A stretch of DNA of 64,000 bases from a virus (Duplodnaviria > Caudoviricetes). A program made the position numbers and the translations under genes. Of the stretch, positions 63,173 to 64,000 are shown piece by piece. How positions within the stretch are numbered: the stretch's first letter is position 1; each line of letters begins with the position of its first letter. The stretch is taken from positions 37,964-101,963 of the IMG/VR virus record IMGVR_UViG_3300012016_000699, one strand, 5' to 3'. The notes under the pieces are model-generated. The model worked only from the letters and a program-made list of their open reading frames with translations. It was not told the origin of the DNA and ran no database searches.

Positions 63173-63420
63173 TATAGAAATCTTTTGTCTGGTTTGACGT
63201 AGGCTACGACCTCCACGGCATTGAAGCGCCACATCGTATTGGCTGCACCCTCGCGCTTGGTGGCGTGGATTTTGCCTTTCGTGAGCAAGTCCTTCAATCT
63301 CTTCTCGCCGCCGAGCAGCTTGACCGAGAGGTTCCAGGAGAACTCGACACCCTGCAGCCTGCCGAGCAGGCTCTTGAAACGGATCTCACTCTCGGAACGT
63401 CCGAAGCGGTCTAAAGCCAC
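63172..63420 (-). CDS. Small DNA-binding/excisionase-like protein (GTG start 63420)
   Basis: LLGGEKRLKDLL..GKI...WRFNAVEVV. Confidence 0.55.
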   Translation of the reverse strand: MALDRFGRSESEIRFKSLLGRLQGVEFSWNLSVKLLGGEKRLKDLLTKGKIHATKREGAANTMWRFNAVEVVAYVKPDKRFL

Positions 63421-63794
63421 TCCCTCGTCCTGCTTCTCTGGCCGCTTCCTCCACCTCGTGCCCTCACCGAGGTATTGGTCCTCCTTGCAGAGCGCATCTG
63501 TCGCTCCGGGGAGTTGCCCATCACCGCCGTAAACAGCAGCAGGAAGGCGAGAAACGCACTTAGCCCCCGCAGGCGTAGCTCCCGCAGGTTCCACTCTTTC
63601 CCGAGATACCTGCATACCATGTACAGCACCAGTTCGTGGGTACTGGATATGCCGAGTTTCTGGTAGATGTGCCGCTTGTGGTTTCTGACCGTCCATATTG
63701 GCTTGTTTACTTGCTCAGAGATTTCCTTGTCTATCAACCCGTGACAGTATAGCTCCGCTATCCGGAGCTCCGTCGGGCTGAGTGACGCCTTCAT
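63411..63794 (-). CDS. LuxR-type HTH regulator
   Basis: LSPTELRIA..GLIDKEIS..TVRNHKRHIYQKLGI..EL. Confidence 0.88.
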   Translation of the reverse strand: MKASLSPTELRIAELYCHGLIDKEISEQVNKPIWTVRNHKRHIYQKLGISSTHELVLYMVCRYLGKEWNLRELRLRGLSAFLAFLLLFTAVMGNSPERQMRSARRTNTSVRARGGGSGQRSRTREWL

Positions 63795-64000
63795 TTTAGC
63801 CTTGTCACCAGTACCGTGAAGGCCTCGGTATCAGTCTCTAACTTGGCATCCCACCCGATGCGCATGTTGTCCGTCCGCATCCTGTTCAGCAGGACGTTAA
63901 CGCTGGAGCGCTGTTCGATGGGGAACTCGCACTTCTCACCGACCTCCAGCTTACGAAGCGTGGACATGATCGGCAGCTTCTTGACTTCTAATGTCTCCAT
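63791..64000 (-). CDS. Small conserved phage protein
   Basis: TLRKLEVGE...FP; ATG at the window edge. Confidence 0.6.
   Translation of the reverse strand: METLEVKKLPIMSTLRKLEVGEKCEFPIEQRSSVNVLLNRMRTDNMRIGWDAKLETDTEAFTVLVTRLK

Larger units (their letters stand above)
1..64000 (-). mobile_element. Tailed phage/prophage of a Bacteroidota host (partial; both ends outside the window)
   Basis: Terminase, portal, ClpP, capsid, tape measure and tail genes plus a Sak4/initiator/helicase module, almost all on the minus strand; TAnnTTTG promoters. Confidence 0.97.

Noticed and set aside
1-64000. CRISPR array, tRNA, DGR template/RT, integrase, lysis genes, stop-codon recoding
   Set aside because: None recognised by eye; genes read intact in the standard bacterial code. 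Missing modules probably lie outside the window.

Overview
The whole window is part of one tailed (siphovirus-like) phage or prophage of a Bacteroidota host, probably Prevotella-like (TAnnTTTG promoters, no Shine-Dalgarno sites). Nearly all genes are on the minus strand. In transcription order, right to left: regulators; Sak4/nuclease recombination; helicase, initiator and iteron origin; a PRTRC-type ubiquitin-like operon (E, Ubl C, F-like, E2-like B, E1 ThiF); about 20 kb of early cassettes (dnaN clamp, exonucleases, radical SAM, ASCH, methyltransferase, DUF6527, a DGR-target-like gene); three ParB-like genes; terS, SNF2 helicase, double HTH, terL; neck/tail, tape measure; a lone plus-strand EEP moron; ClpP-scaffold, capsid, major tail, portal, adaptor; then tail-tip/fibre genes, including one with an inserted PAP2 phosphatase and a truncated LamG+CotH-like protein. 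No integrase, lysis cassette, tRNA or CRISPR was seen. The main signal the gene list does not explain is an apparent RNA-level control layer. Five (plus one divergent) repeated promoters share a leader; a plus-strand ~125-nt transcript at 35.5 kb is built from segments antisense to those leaders; and several transcription units carry, beside their 3' hairpin, a co-varying complement of their own translation-initiation region. All family calls come from motif recognition by eye, with no database search.
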